From Octopus sinensis (Eukaryota), in the NCBI RefSeq assembly GCF_006345805.1, contig NC_043002.1:17546001-17610000 (forward strand): a stretch of DNA of 64,000 nucleotides, written 5' to 3'. The notes beneath the pieces were generated by a model, which worked only from the letters and a program-made list of their open reading frames with translations, had not been told where the DNA came from and ran no database searches. This document shows positions 23,901 through 37,949 of this stretch, piece after piece. Numbering within the stretch: the first letter of the stretch is position 1; every line of letters starts with the position of its first letter. Position numbers and translations under genes: made by a program.

Positions 23901-24593
23901 GGTTTTTAGCACTCTCTTGTACTTGATTTTCGCTTCTAAATTTACCCTTGTATACACATATAAACCTCCCCATGTACACAAAGATTTCACAAAGTTTTAT
24001 AATATCAAAATGGCGTTTTTTTTTTTTTTGTTTTCTTTTGACGATTATAAAATAGGAAGCTATAAGCTCACAAAGGAAACGAAATTAGCTTCAACATACA
24101 CTGGGGATAAATTTTATTTAAACAAAGAAGCAGTGATATACTGTTTATCACGATATCTGTAATTACGAGAGTTGAAGTTAGAAATGTGACAGTGAATGCT
24201 AAACGACGTTTTCATATTCTCAACTGACATTGAAATAAATGACTATGGAATACTCAATAATTTACTTCTTGAATACTAAGCTGCAAAATGTAGTACTGAT
24301 AAAAATATCTTTTTATCTGTCGATACAAATTTGCTCCTGTGCTTCTGTACTGTCGTGCAGAGAAGTAAATAGTCAATTATTAAGTATTAGTGGAATATAT
24401 TGAATTATTAATTAGTTAAGTAAAGTAATTATTGCATTAATTATTTAAAAAGTGATATTGCAAGATATTTGAAATTTTTTATATAGATTTGGAAACAAAT
24501 TACTATTTCATAGATTTATATATATACAATGATTAGAAGTATACTAGTGTCATTGTTAACATTACTGTTGTTGTTTTTATTATGGCGGTTTAA

Positions 24594-24990
24594 GGCGGCG
24601 ACCTGATGGAATTGTTACCACGCCGGGCGAAATACGTAGCCATATTTCGTCTGCCGTTACGTTCTCAGTTCAAATTCCGCCGAGGACGACTTTGCCTTTC
24701 ATCCTTTCGGGGTCGATAGATTAAGTACCAGTTACGCATTGGGGTCGATATAATCGACTTAATCCGTTTGTCTGTCCTTGTTTGTCCTCTCTGTGTTTAG
24801 CCCCTTGTGGGTAGTAAAGAAATATGTATTTCGCCTGTCGTTACGTTTTCAGTTCAGATTTCACCGAGGTCGACTTTGCTTTCATCGTTTGGGGACGATA
24901 AATTAAGTACCAGTAGAGCTCTGGGGTCAATGCTATCGATTTATCCCCTCCCTCAAAATGGCTCTCCTTGTGGCAAAATTTGAAACCATT
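24594..24990 (+). mobile_element. SINE family 1 dimer
   Basis: Head plus two units; the second unit ends in the alternative ccctccc...ccttgtg tail. Confidence 0.9.
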
Positions 24991-26029
24991 ATTAGTAAGG
25001 CTGTGAACTAACATAATGCTTAGCGGCATTACTTCCGGTTCTATATTTTCTGAACTCAAATACCATCGACTTCTACTATGACTTTCTGATTTAATAAAAT
25101 AAGGTATCAGTCAAGTACCTAGATTAATTTACCTGTTATCAAAATGCATGTATTATTATTTCAAAATTAGAGTGGTTTGGTATCATTACAATTGTTGTTG
25201 TTGCTATTATGTTGCTTCACGGCATTGGTGTTGCATCCGGTTTAATTATACGTTCTATCGAACCACGACTCATGAGCTATGATGAGAAACATTTCATACC
25301 TTCTATATAAGCGTTTATATTCATTTTTTCTCCTCATGCTGTATTAAAGGTTGTCTGACTAATTCTTTCTGAGTCCTGTATACACGTTTTCTTAATGCTC
25401 CTACTTCCAGATTAAAATAAAGATTTCCAGGGTTAGCTCTCACTTGCTTTGTCATTATTCCCAAGAAGCAAGTGCTAATTGGCAGGACCATGATCTTGCT
25501 CACTTCTTTATTTAACGATGCCATTCTTCCTGTATATGTATAAATTTTCACGTTCATTTTTTATATTTTCTTTACTCTGATGACAAATAGTCCTACTAAC
25601 GGCTGCTGACCAGAAGATTAGTGACTCATTTAATATATAAAAAACAATTCAAGCTGTTTCTGTCATTTCCATCCCATACATTAGAGAATAAGCTTAATTC
25701 CGTATCAATTCATAATTCCAAATACACTGTTTACATTGTAGATTCAGCCTTAAACGGAATATAGTGCGGAGAGTGCAAACATATAAAGAGAGCAGATACG
25801 GATGTTCTATGGAAATTTATGAGATTTTCTAAGTACAGAGACTAAAATAACCTAATTAATAATAGATTAGACCTTATTGTATCCTGCGTGCACAACATCA
25901 CCCGCACATTTAAATATTTTGGAAACAAATAATAGTATACTTTGAAATTATATGGGGTGTTATATTTTTCATAACATACCATCTAGTGTAGTAAATTACA
26001 TATTAGATATAATATTGCCCTCCTATAAC

Positions 26030-26600
26030 CCCTACCAGTTTAGTCTGCATTCACCCTTACGGTGATTACATTGTTTTCCCTTCAATTCCAAGAATTCATG
26101 GCCTCCGACTTCGACGAGTTTATTTCGAGGCCGATTCTCAATAGCGCGGGGACCTCTAATCGAAGAAGGTGATAGACATTCTCTACTGGCCCAAATTTCG
26201 CCGCTTCGTCCACGTACCAGATGTTGAAGGGAGCCTTGATGCTCCGAGCAATACCGTCTACCCCAACAGCAAACAAAAGGGTGCACAATGGATCGCCCTG
26301 TTGGACGCCGGTCGAAGATAGCATGACCTTATCTGCCCTGAGGAGCGTGTTCGAAGTCCCGGAAGAAAATTAAACCAGTTGGTAGGCAGACGGTCGCGGC
26401 AGAGGCCCAGATGCTCGCAGCTGAAGCAGAAACGGTCGCGGCTGAAAGCGATCGTCATGTCAAGCTTCCCACTGCGGTGCTTAGTTTCGCTCGATGTCTG
26501 CCCATAATCAGCGAAAAACTGTCAAACGGCATGAAAAGTTCCCTTGCGCCCGATAGTTACGCCGACCTCCGGCGGCACCGCGCTGGGGTCCTCACCTAGT
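26030..26600 (-). mobile_element. CRE-clade non-LTR retrotransposon RT fragment
   Basis: TFHAV*QF...GKLD, SSTGVQQGDPLCTLLFAVGV, FNIWYVDEA...GLEINSSKSE. The QQGDPL and WYxDD spacing is typical of CRE-like RTs. Confidence 0.7.
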
Positions 26601-26881
26601 TCGGATTGCAACAAAGCAGTAATTCCTTTATTTGACATACGCATACCTATCTATCTATGTATCTATTTATCTATCTAAATATATATATATATGACTATAT
26701 ATATATATTTGTGTAAGTGTGTGTGTATATGTATATATACATATATTCATTCATAATAATACATCCAATATTCATTTTATAAGCAGGTTCTATAGTCACT
26801 TATAATCAGTTTGCTATTGCAAGCAGAGCTGTCGTATTATCTCTTGACTTTCAAATAATGAACCACAAACACACACACACG

Positions 26882-26934
<53 letters not shown>

Positions 26935-27588
26935 ATGCACACACACACACCACACAAATACACAGACACAGTCACACCCACAAGCAAAAAGTAATAAATA
27001 TCTCATGTGATATTTAATATCATATGAATATTATGTTTATGAAAAAAATGTACTTATGGCGTATTATTACTAGTAGTAGTAATAAATATATACTTTTTTC
27101 CTCCTTAACTTAAGTAATTTCATAATAATTCGTAACACCATTTGTATAATGTCCTAGTTGGGGATTCTCTTTAATTCATTCCCTACATAGGTTTAAAACT
27201 TTGTCGATGGTAAGGTTTTTTTTATATATGTGTGGTGATTTGCGTGTATGTGTGTGTATAGGTATGTATTATGTATAGATATATGTATGTATGTGTATAT
27301 ATATATATATATATATTTATGTGTGTGTGTGTGTGTGTGTGCGTGTGTGTGGTTGGGTGTGTGCGTGTGTGTATATATACATATATATTTATATATAGAC
27401 TTACAAATACAATACTAGTGCAATGCCTCTTAGACCAGAAAAACATATAAACTAATGGAGGGCATGCTATGATTTCTTATTCCCCGGCCATTTATTTAAA
27501 ATCTTATCACTTGACTAATACCTTTTTGAAACACATGTACATCGAGATGTAACAGCGGGTTATTAGTATCAATATGCCTAAGCGAAAT

Positions 27589-27589
<1 letters not shown>

Positions 27590-27637
<48 letters not shown>

Positions 27638-27643
27638 TATGTG

Positions 27644-27711
<68 letters not shown>

Positions 27712-28423
27712 GAGTATATGTATAAATATATATATATGTATATATTTTGAGTATATGTATGTACTATGTAAACATAGAGACATACGTAAACGTATATATA
27801 TTATATATTTATATGGTCTTCGCAATGTCATTGATCTAATGTCAACTTTATGAGAACTCATCTAACGCAAAACGTAGTAATATAATGAACATTATCCAGA
27901 ATTGCAATGATAGACGTTTCTTTCAATATTTGTTTATAGTCATCAAAAAGAAAAATAAATCATTTTCAAACGTATTTGAAAAATGCATTACCTGGAAAGT
28001 GCAAACTTATTCGGTTGTTATGTATCCATCGATTCAATACTCATATTCGTGTACATCTCCAGGTTATTTCACTCTAATAAATTCCATCTGTATATTCTTC
28101 GCATTTTAACATGTATGAGCATAACCACATAAACCACAGTATGCAGAATCGTTTGCACATAAATTTGTGTATGTTTGTTTAAATTTCCTTTGGTGTATTG
28201 CAGTTATTGTTACGAGGAAAGGCATGAAATATTAAATGAATCCAATTCCCTTTTTTACTATAAAACTAAATGTTTATAAATAATGCATGAATTTTTTCAA
28301 AATGTATTTCGCATATTTCAAACGAATTTCATATCTTTCAGCAATCACGAAACTTTTACTCAGTAGGGAATTCAGGGCAATTTTTGTTCTCTTTCTTTCA
28401 ACTGATGTTTTTCCCCTAAAACT

Positions 28424-28457
<34 letters not shown>

Positions 28458-28696
28458 CATCATCATCATTATTATTATTTATTGATGTTATAGAATATTT
28501 CATGAAACTATTCTCTTACATGTTGATTCTCATCACATGTATCCAGGTAAAGATAAGGGTTCCCATCTATCACCGTATAAGTATATAACAAATTTAAGTA
28601 CCCTGAAAACCTGAAAAACACAAATATACATACCCAATGCATAATACATCATGTATGTTTTAATGATTCTACCTCTCACTTTGTATGTATATATAT

Positions 28697-28755
<59 letters not shown>

Positions 28756-28890
28756 GTATATATATATATATATATGTGTATACTTATATATATATATATA
28801 TACATACACATATATATACACACATATACATATTTATATCTGCACATATATAATATATATGTGTGTGTATATATAAACATATACACACAT

Positions 28891-28925
<35 letters not shown>

Positions 28926-29108
28926 TATATTATATATATATATCGTATACATTGGATACAATGGGAGATAGGGAAAGAAGAGATTTATGTGTAAAGATAT
29001 GTAAATGCATCTTCTAGCTTCTTCTACAATATATTTACGTTTTATAACAACAACAACAGCAACAGCAATAGCAGCAACAACAGCACTACCACTACCGCCA
29101 CCACCGAC

Positions 29109-29201
<93 letters not shown>

Positions 29202-29870
29202 GTAATAATAAAAATAAAAATAATAATAATAATAGTAATGAAATTTAATGACAATAATAATACTATGACGGTAATGGTGATATTGAATTTTAGAGATCAG
29301 AAGGAAAATATATATTTTAACCCTTTTTGAAGTTAGTGCTTTTGGAAAATAGCTTTATTTGTATCATAAAATTGCATTATCCGAATCGTAAGCCACAACA
29401 CATTAAGATAGGCAAAGTAGCTTGTTAACAACATGCATAAAAAACATATTCCAAAGTACTCGTGCGTTATAAAATTCCATGTTTACACATGGCCATTTGC
29501 TTGTTTCCTTCTAAGCTTCAAAAGACTTGTTATGGATATGACATTTGAGATATCTACAAGAAGAACGGCAGGATACATGCATATATATATATATATATAT
29601 ATATATGAGTGTGTGTGTATGTATGTATATATATATGTGTGTATATATAAGTACAGGCATGTGTGTGTCTATCTCTCCCTGTATATATATGTATATATAC
29701 ATATGTATATATACATATGTATATATATATATACATATGTATATATGTATATATATGTATATATATATATATATATGTGTGTGTGTATATGTGTGTGTGT
29801 GTGCGTGTGTGTGTGTATAAGTACAGGCATGAGTGTGTCTATCTATCTCTGTATATATATAGATAACGTT
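27590..29870. repeat. Cluster of (TA)n, (TAT)n, (CAA)/(AAT)n and (TG)n microsatellites
   Basis: Tracts at ~27590-27760, 28425-28480, 28690-28945, 29045-29240 and 29580-29860. Confidence 0.9.
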
Positions 29871-31429
29871 CGTTAAATTTATCACCTATGTTTACTTCTA
29901 TTTACAGAAAATATTAATGGCATTTTATCTTCATTCCTAAAACTCTACGATATGTATCACACTCTCCATTTATATTATGCTTATGGCACATCGAAAATAT
30001 AGATGCTAATAGGTTATTAAATGGATTGAAATCTTAGATTTCTATGAAACGAGACCAGCATCAGGCTTAGGAATCTATCCTTGTTCATCTATGTACTCGG
30101 CGTGTTCAGAATAAAGACTAAGTCTCTTTCAAATGACAAACAATTTTTTAAAAAAAAAATAAAAATGACATTGGCTGTGTAGTCATTTGTACATTATGCT
30201 GCAGGTAATTAATGACTGTCAGATCACAGCAGTAGTGATTTAATATTTTGTCTACTCGATGAACAACAGGTAAGTAAATGGTAGAACTTTCATTCCTGTC
30301 ATTTCTAGAGTTGTTCTAGTCTAGAACAAATCCTCGTTTCTTAGAGACATGAAAGCGTTTTAGCAGATACGAGATGCGTAATCCTCAATGAGCTTCCTAT
30401 TTTAATATGCAAAAACTGAATGTATTGGAACAAAAGTCTGAAGTATGCATATTTTATTAAAATTCTCAAACGCTGCATGAAAAATGTCGATATTTTTTTG
30501 AATTTGTATCATACGAATCATTCAATATAATTCATATAACTTTGTAAATAATAATATAAAATATAATTATATTAGCCTGAACGGAAAATTTCCGACATTC
30601 TAAGAGAGAGGAATGGGAGTATAATACAACGTTGTTTCAAATTAAAAGTAATGTTTCTGACACACACACACACACACACACGCACACGAACACGCACGCA
30701 CAATTATATATAAATGTATGTGTGTGTGAGATTGTGTGTATGTCTTTGTGTGTGTGTGTACATATATGTCAACAACTATCCATAGAAATATACACGTGTT
30801 TTTTACTATTCATTATTCTCTTGGTAGCATATTTTATTTTGTCTGCGACCTGTTGCGTAGTAGCTGATGCTTCTTACATTTATTTCAACCTTATTAGAAT
30901 AATATTTACACGTATCTATTGATAACTATTATGGTTTTAATGTTTTGTATTAATGGATTTATGTCGGCCTACTATTGGTTTATAGCCATATATGTTGGTT
31001 TATATTTATCTATACATGATATCCTTATAATTGTTGTAACTCAAGAAAGAGTGCTGACATAACAAATAAACCGAAACTATATGGGATTAATTGTCTTGAA
31101 ACCACATAATACATTTATCCATCTAGCTTGCTGGTGTGATGTCAGCTCAATCTACTTTATAATTCTTCTTCTAGGAGCCAACTTTTAACGTACATTATCC
31201 ACCAAATCCAACAAAGCTTTTGAACACATATTTCCTTCTTTTTACACATTCCTAACAAAGGAAGATGAATTAATGCTTACGAACCTAACAAACCTGAAGA
31301 TATGTATATATATATAAATCCACCATCCATCCACACTCACACACACACACACATACACACACACATTCATATACACATTGTTTTTAAGCAGGGATATTAT
31401 TGAGAATGACTTTAAAGTTTTGCTCACTC

Positions 31430-31790
31430 AAGCGAACCACGGAGTGCGGCGCATTGAAGTTAATCTTGGCACTCTATAGTCTCTGTAGACCTAAAATCTT
31501 CCTTGGGCATATATGTTTGAGAGGATTAGAACTTAGGTATTAGGGTGGGGTTGTTGTAGAGGGGCAGTTCGGAGAAATTTTTATTAAATTTATGCTATGC
31601 TATTGTTTAGAATTATTCATGTATGTAGGAACTTGTAGGTATGTGTGAATATTTATGCGTGTTCTTTTCCGTAGGTACATAGAGAATGCGTTAGTAGTTT
31701 TAGTTATCTTCGGTTTTATGGATTTAATTCTTTGCTTTATGAAAAGATCAATAGTTTAGCCCAGTATTTAAATAACTTACTAATAACCTC
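31430..31790 (-). mobile_element. Possible old PLE linker relic
   Basis: Weak resemblance of the minus-strand translation to the thumb/linker region of the PLE at 62124-64000. Confidence 0.3.
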
Positions 31791-32238
31791 AACCTTGCAT
31801 CAATGGCGATGCTGTTGTGGCATGCCGTCGCTGTGCGCCTCCAATCCGAATCTTCATATTTTAGCACGACTCAGCTTTCCATGATCATACGTCGATTTAA
31901 CTGTTTTCTCCTGACTCAGCCAATCACATCTTTTCAACTCCACGTGCCTCTACTATATACTTCCTATATCATCTATAACGCTAACAGCTTTGGTGGTTCC
32001 ACTGTCATTGAAAGCAGTTGCTTTACCGAGTTCATGACACGAACTACGCATGCCGTCGTCATCTCTTTGTCTTCATTCACAATCTCTTCCAATGATTACA
32101 TACCATAAATATCAATATAATGTATCTATCTATGGATATTATCATACATCATGCTTTTTGCATGCGTACACATTGAGAAAAAATAACCCGTGCACACACA
32201 CGCATATATGTATGTATATGAATATATATATATATATT

Positions 32239-32280
<42 letters not shown>

Positions 32281-32309
32281 ATATATATAAACCCTTAAAA
32301 TTATATATA

Positions 32310-32351
<42 letters not shown>

Positions 32352-35300
32352 GTGTGTGCATGTGCGTGTAAAAACACATAGAGAGAGAGAAAGGTAGAGA
32401 GAAATAGACAGAGAATCAGAGAGAGAGAGAGAGAGAGAAACACCCTGCAGCAAGTGGACAGATAGGTAGATACACCTGCGTGCACTAACATTAGATGACA
32501 CAAATCACATTCTTATTCTCATATACGCATTTCCACGCACATGCGTATACAAGCCTTTCACACTTTCTCAATACTTTACTCATCTTTCTCATCTTCCATT
32601 TTGTTGTCTTTTAGCTGCGAAGCACTATTTTACACGCTGCTGCTTCTCCTTCTCCGTTCTTCATTCATTCATAGATGACTCTGCTTTGTCTCCTTTGCAC
32701 GTAACCTTTTACCCTATTTAAATTCGTTTTTCTCTTTCCTACGACAAAGCACTACAGTCCGAAACGACGGTTAATGCTCTTTTGTCTCTTTCCCACAGTG
32801 CAAGTATATACTTTGTATTCTCGTACTTTGTTTTTGCTTAGATGTTTTAGATATTCTATTAAACATCAATAGCTAAAATTAGTAAAAACAAATCTTTCAT
32901 TTCATAAAATAATTTGAATCTTGAATGGAGTCCTTATAAAAGAAACAATAAAAGAACGCTGATAAAAGACAGTATCCATTGTTCATAGTGCACAATGTTA
33001 AAGTCATGACCTATATTTAAATAATGGGTGTAAAAATAATGAGGAAATCAAACAATGATACGAATTTTCAAAAAAAATGTTACAACGATGCAGTATTTGA
33101 TATTATTTAGGCTCTATTGTTTGGTACAATGGAGGTATTACTTTCTTTGCGCTATCGACATTAAAGTAATGGATTGTAAGGTCAGTTTTCATTAGCTTGC
33201 TAGAAGATACAATGACGTGAACTCGCCTCATATATGTCAGCAGATTTACATTTTTATCCTTGCAGCTATTTTACTTTAGCGTATGCTGCTTATATCCACT
33301 TATTGAATTATTAATATTCAAGTTACACCGCCATGTTAAAATATATAAATAATAATGCCATCTCAGGAGATATGCTATGATACAAATACATGAAATACAT
33401 GTGTAAATGTACAAACTACTTTGAAAAAAAATATAAAATGAAAGACATATCCAGCAATGTGTCTATATTTGTGTGTTTGTTTATTGCGTTTTGTGTGTTG
33501 TATTTAATGTGTATATGTTATATTGTAATAACAATAGAAAAAACATCACCTACAAACATTTTTTTTTACTTTACCTCATTCGCAAAAAGCCCCTTTGGGA
33601 TTTCATATGCGGATATTGCTTTTTTTACGCTTTTTTCATCTGATTTACCTATAATAATTTTACTTCCTTTCCAGATTTTATTTTCGAACATACTGGAATA
33701 GAAAAAAAGAAAAACAGAAAAAAAAATCCCCTAAAAACTACACAACACATTACAATTATATGTTAACTTCTGAAAGTTTTTCCCAAATCTCATATCAGCA
33801 GCATATTACACATTTCCTCATTATTCTTTTCATTCTGATTCACATTAAATTTGGAAAAGTCACGCATCAAGTCCCATAATGCATTATATCAAATATATGT
33901 GTAAAAAGTGAAATATCAATTTTGTATATAGTTTCTGCATAGCGATATTCCTGATGCTGGACCCAATCATAATATAGATATTACAAAAGGCTGCTATACA
34001 TAGACGATAGTTTGATTAAACGTATCAATTTTCTTAGTGTCGTTTAGAAGCGTCATGAGTTCGACATTCACCGGGCGAAAGCTTACAGTGTTTATTCCTA
34101 CATCAATAACACGATTGCAAGTAATATACGATTTCTCCATATTATTGTACACTCCATGCTGTTTTTTTTTTCGTTATAAGGATTCAATATAAATCCTTAT
34201 TCATATTATTTACACTTCGTAGAAAAATGCAAATAGCTATTTCCGTGTTTAAAATGTTTGTACTGTAAGAAATAGGGAATTTAATCGAAATCTGCAATCA
34301 ACGCGCATATAACTCCCGTCTTAATACACAGTGCATCTGTTCGTTGTGCTCATAACCTCATGCAAACCTTATTTAGCTTCAATTGAAATGCTCCTACATT
34401 GCCGGATAGAGATCGTATCCTCAGTTCGTGAGTCATGCCCTATATTTATGATAGAGGCAAATGTTTTAGATCTTTTTGGCGTCAACCGATTCGAAGCATT
34501 ATTATCAAGCCTGGTAGAAGATGGCTCTCTAAACATTGAAACATATTCTGTGTTGCGTATGTAGACGGGTTTTGAGATGAATTTTAACCACATGTCTTGT
34601 CAAGCAGAGAGATGGCTTATGACAAAAAGCACGACCGAAATCTTTCATTGGTTAACGCGTTTAGTTTTCTCTACTGCGCAGCAAATGTTTCATACTGTTG
34701 AATTGGTCATTTAATTAGAATTCAAGTGCATTGATCAGGGCGTATTTGATGAACCGTAACGTACTCTCGTCTTTTCATTATTTTGGCCGGTATTCTCACC
34801 ACTTCAGCCACTACACAACTGTGAGTATGAATATTAATGTGGTCCATAACCATTCCTAATGCATTATATTCGTTCAAAAGTAAAGTTTCTTAGCTTCAAC
34901 CCAAACAGTCATGCAATCCTTTTTACCTGATATCATTACTGATCTTCACTGTCACCCACTCGTATATATAAATATAAACTTATATGAGTTATACGTTTCG
35001 GTATACGTGAAAAGTTTACGATAAAATAAGTTATACGGATGAAGTGTGTGGAGTAGGTAGAATATAGTCTAACACCAAAAGAGAAAACAATCAAGGTGCC
35101 GTTTACTAACCAAAATAGCAAAAGCCAAAATGTTTAGCTAGAAATAAAATTACATAAGACAGAAAAAAACACGCTTGGAACGAGAAAGATCAGATTCTTC
35201 ACTAAAAGAAGTTATACTTAAGTATATGATATTGTATATGTGTATATATCTGCGTATTGTGTGTGAAAATCCGTTTTCACTGGTTCCTTTTAATATTTTC

Positions 35301-35497
35301 TCACGGAAATGACCAAACATAATTTGACACTATAATGCATGAAATAGTTTCATTAGAGTTTGGATAGAGTCTCTAATCGTTTAACACTCGCTATTTAATT
35401 TATATAAAGTTTGGATTTTTAACTAAATATATTTAGTCGGTTAGATATAATGCACATATTCTGGAAAAAGAAGGTTTTATTATAACTTGAAATATGA

Positions 35498-35891
35498 AGG
35501 CGGCGAGCTGAAAAACATTAGCACACCGGGCGATAATGCGTAGCTATATTTCGTCTGCCGTTACGTTCTGAGTTGAAATTTCACCGCGGTCGACTTTGCT
35601 TTTCATCCTTTCGGGGTCGATAAATTAAGTACTAGTTACGCACTGGGGTCGATATAATCGACTTAATCCGTTTGTCTGTCCTTGTTTGTCCTTTCGTGTT
35701 TAGCCCCTTGTGTGTAGTAAAGAAATAGGTATTTCGTCTGTCTTTATATTCGGCGTTCAAATTCCGCCGAGATCAACTTTTCCTTTCATCCTGTCAAGGT
35801 TGATAAATCAAGTACAAATTGCGTACTGGGGTTGATGTAATCGACAGCCCCCTCCCCCATAATTTCGGATCTTGTGCCTAGAGTAGAAAAG
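35498..35891 (+). mobile_element. SINE family 1 dimer with a 17-bp TSD
   Basis: attataa(c/t)ttgaaatat at 35479-35495 and 35892-35908. Confidence 0.9.
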
Positions 35892-37127
35892 ATTATAATT
35901 TGAAATATATTTTTAGGCCCTACTTTAATAAACCATCAATAGTGCGATAATAAATGATAACTAACTTCGGATACACATGATTTTGATTATCTCCTGTCGC
36001 TACTCTTCTATACACTGTAGCCGAATGATATAGATACTGTTGAACATAATAGTTTGAGTGTGTGTATTAGCTGAAGCGTCGCTTTTGACAGAAAATAGAC
36101 TTTAAATCGCCTGTTAGACACTTCCCCATCTAGTTCTTATTTTATTGGACGTTTATGTAATTCGATAAGGACACTATCCTTTATACAACACGGTTAGGAT
36201 ATTACTATTACTTTTTATCTCTTGCAGATAAACCATGTTGCCAAGAGACAATGTTTTTAATAAATTTTCTGAAGAATTTTCTTTCTCCTAGATCAATGTT
36301 AAATGTACAATGTTTCTATGTGTCACGAGAGAAACAAAACTATACTTAACACAAATAACACATGTATGATTTAAAATATCCGAGCGTGTGTTGTTGCTGC
36401 TACAGATATTTTCAAATTATTTCTTAGGTTGTGCGAAATAATATCTTTTAGAATTCATTTCTTTCTCCTTTTGTCCATTGTGGTCCGCAAAATATTTTTG
36501 TGCTGCATTTTCCATCTGCTTGTTGTAATATTTGCTTTTAAAGCCCGGTGTATCTCTCGACCACTTTGAATATGAATTTTAGTAAAAAAAAAAGTAGATT
36601 TTGTCTACATTCAGTCATCACGGTGTGTCTGCCGCTAGTTTGCATCCTTTTTAAAGAAATATCTTCAGAAATTATTTTACATGTTTTATGACATCATCAT
36701 TTGGAGAGAGAAAAAATATGATTATTAAAAGTGTTGTGCTAGTTTATATATTAATATTTGATTGTGAGTAAAAGCCGTGAAGATTAAAATGGAGCATTCT
36801 AGTTTAATAGAGCCAAACCATTCAGCTAAAAATACATTAATGTCTTTCTCAGCTTAGATATTTAAGGAGCGGTTGTTGCTTCATATTGATAGACCTATAT
36901 ATATTTTTGTGGAAAATGGTTGCATTACTTTTACTAACAAAAAATATGCCACATTCTTTCTAGTGATGCTCAATATCACAACTCCAGCACTTCGGAACAT
37001 ATCTCAATTTGTTAAATCTAGCCACTGGGCGACATATGGATAAGGACAACTCCCAGATCACCACAACTTCGCGTGTAGATATATATTTATTGTATATGTA
37101 TTATATACAAAGCTCTATCTATATTAT

Positions 37128-37755
37128 TTTCATCTCTAGGCACAAGGCCAAAACTTTTGGGGGAGGGGGCCAGTCGGTTAGACCGTTATCAGTGCGCAAC
37201 TAGCACTTAATTTATCGACTCCGAAAGGATGGAAGGCAAAGTCATTTCGGCGGAATTTGAACTCAGAACGTAAAGACAGACGAAATACCTATTTTTTTAC
37301 TACCCATAAGGAGCTAAGCACAGAGAGGACAGACAAGGACAGACAAACGGATTAAGTCGATTATATAGACCCCAGTGCGTAACTCGTACTTATTTAATCG
37401 ACCCCGAAAGGATGAAAGGCAAAGGCGACCCCGGCGGAATTTGAACTCAGAACGTACGGCCGACGAAATACCGCTGAGCATTTCGCCCGGCGTGCAAACG
37501 ATTTTGCAAGCTCGCCGCTTTATAGGTCTATCTATATATATTTTTTCTACTCTAGGATCAAGGCCCGAAATTTTAGGGAAGTGGATCTAGTTGATTAGAT
37601 CGACCCCAGTACCGACAGGTTCTCTATTTATCGACCCCGAAAGGATGAAAGGCAAAGTCGACCTCGGCGAAATTTGAACTCAGAACGTAAAGACAGACGA
37701 AATATCGCTAAGCGTTTCGCCCGGCGTGCTAACGTTCCTGTCAGCTCGCTGCCTT
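37128..37755 (-). mobile_element. Two adjacent SINE family 1 insertions (dimer plus monomer)
   Basis: Each has its own head on the minus strand (ending ~37518 and ~37753). ctatctatat occurs at 37115, 37528 and 37762. Confidence 0.9.
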
Positions 37756-37949
37756 ATAGACCTATCTATATTAAGCAAGCATTATCACTGCTCATTAAAT
37801 TTACATCTGAGCCGAGAAGGACGTTACTAACTGAAGTGAAAATAAACATGATGCCATAATTCATGTTACAGCCATTAACATAATTGACGCCTGGATTTTA
37901 TTCTGAGCTGCACCAATATGTCTTGGTAAAATGCTGGGAATAAAACATG

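Noticed and set aside
34332-34427. 96-nt AG/GTGAGT-bounded exon candidate (similar weak candidates near 25430 and 30210)
   Set aside because: Splice-like signals are common by chance, and the translations match nothing recognisable.
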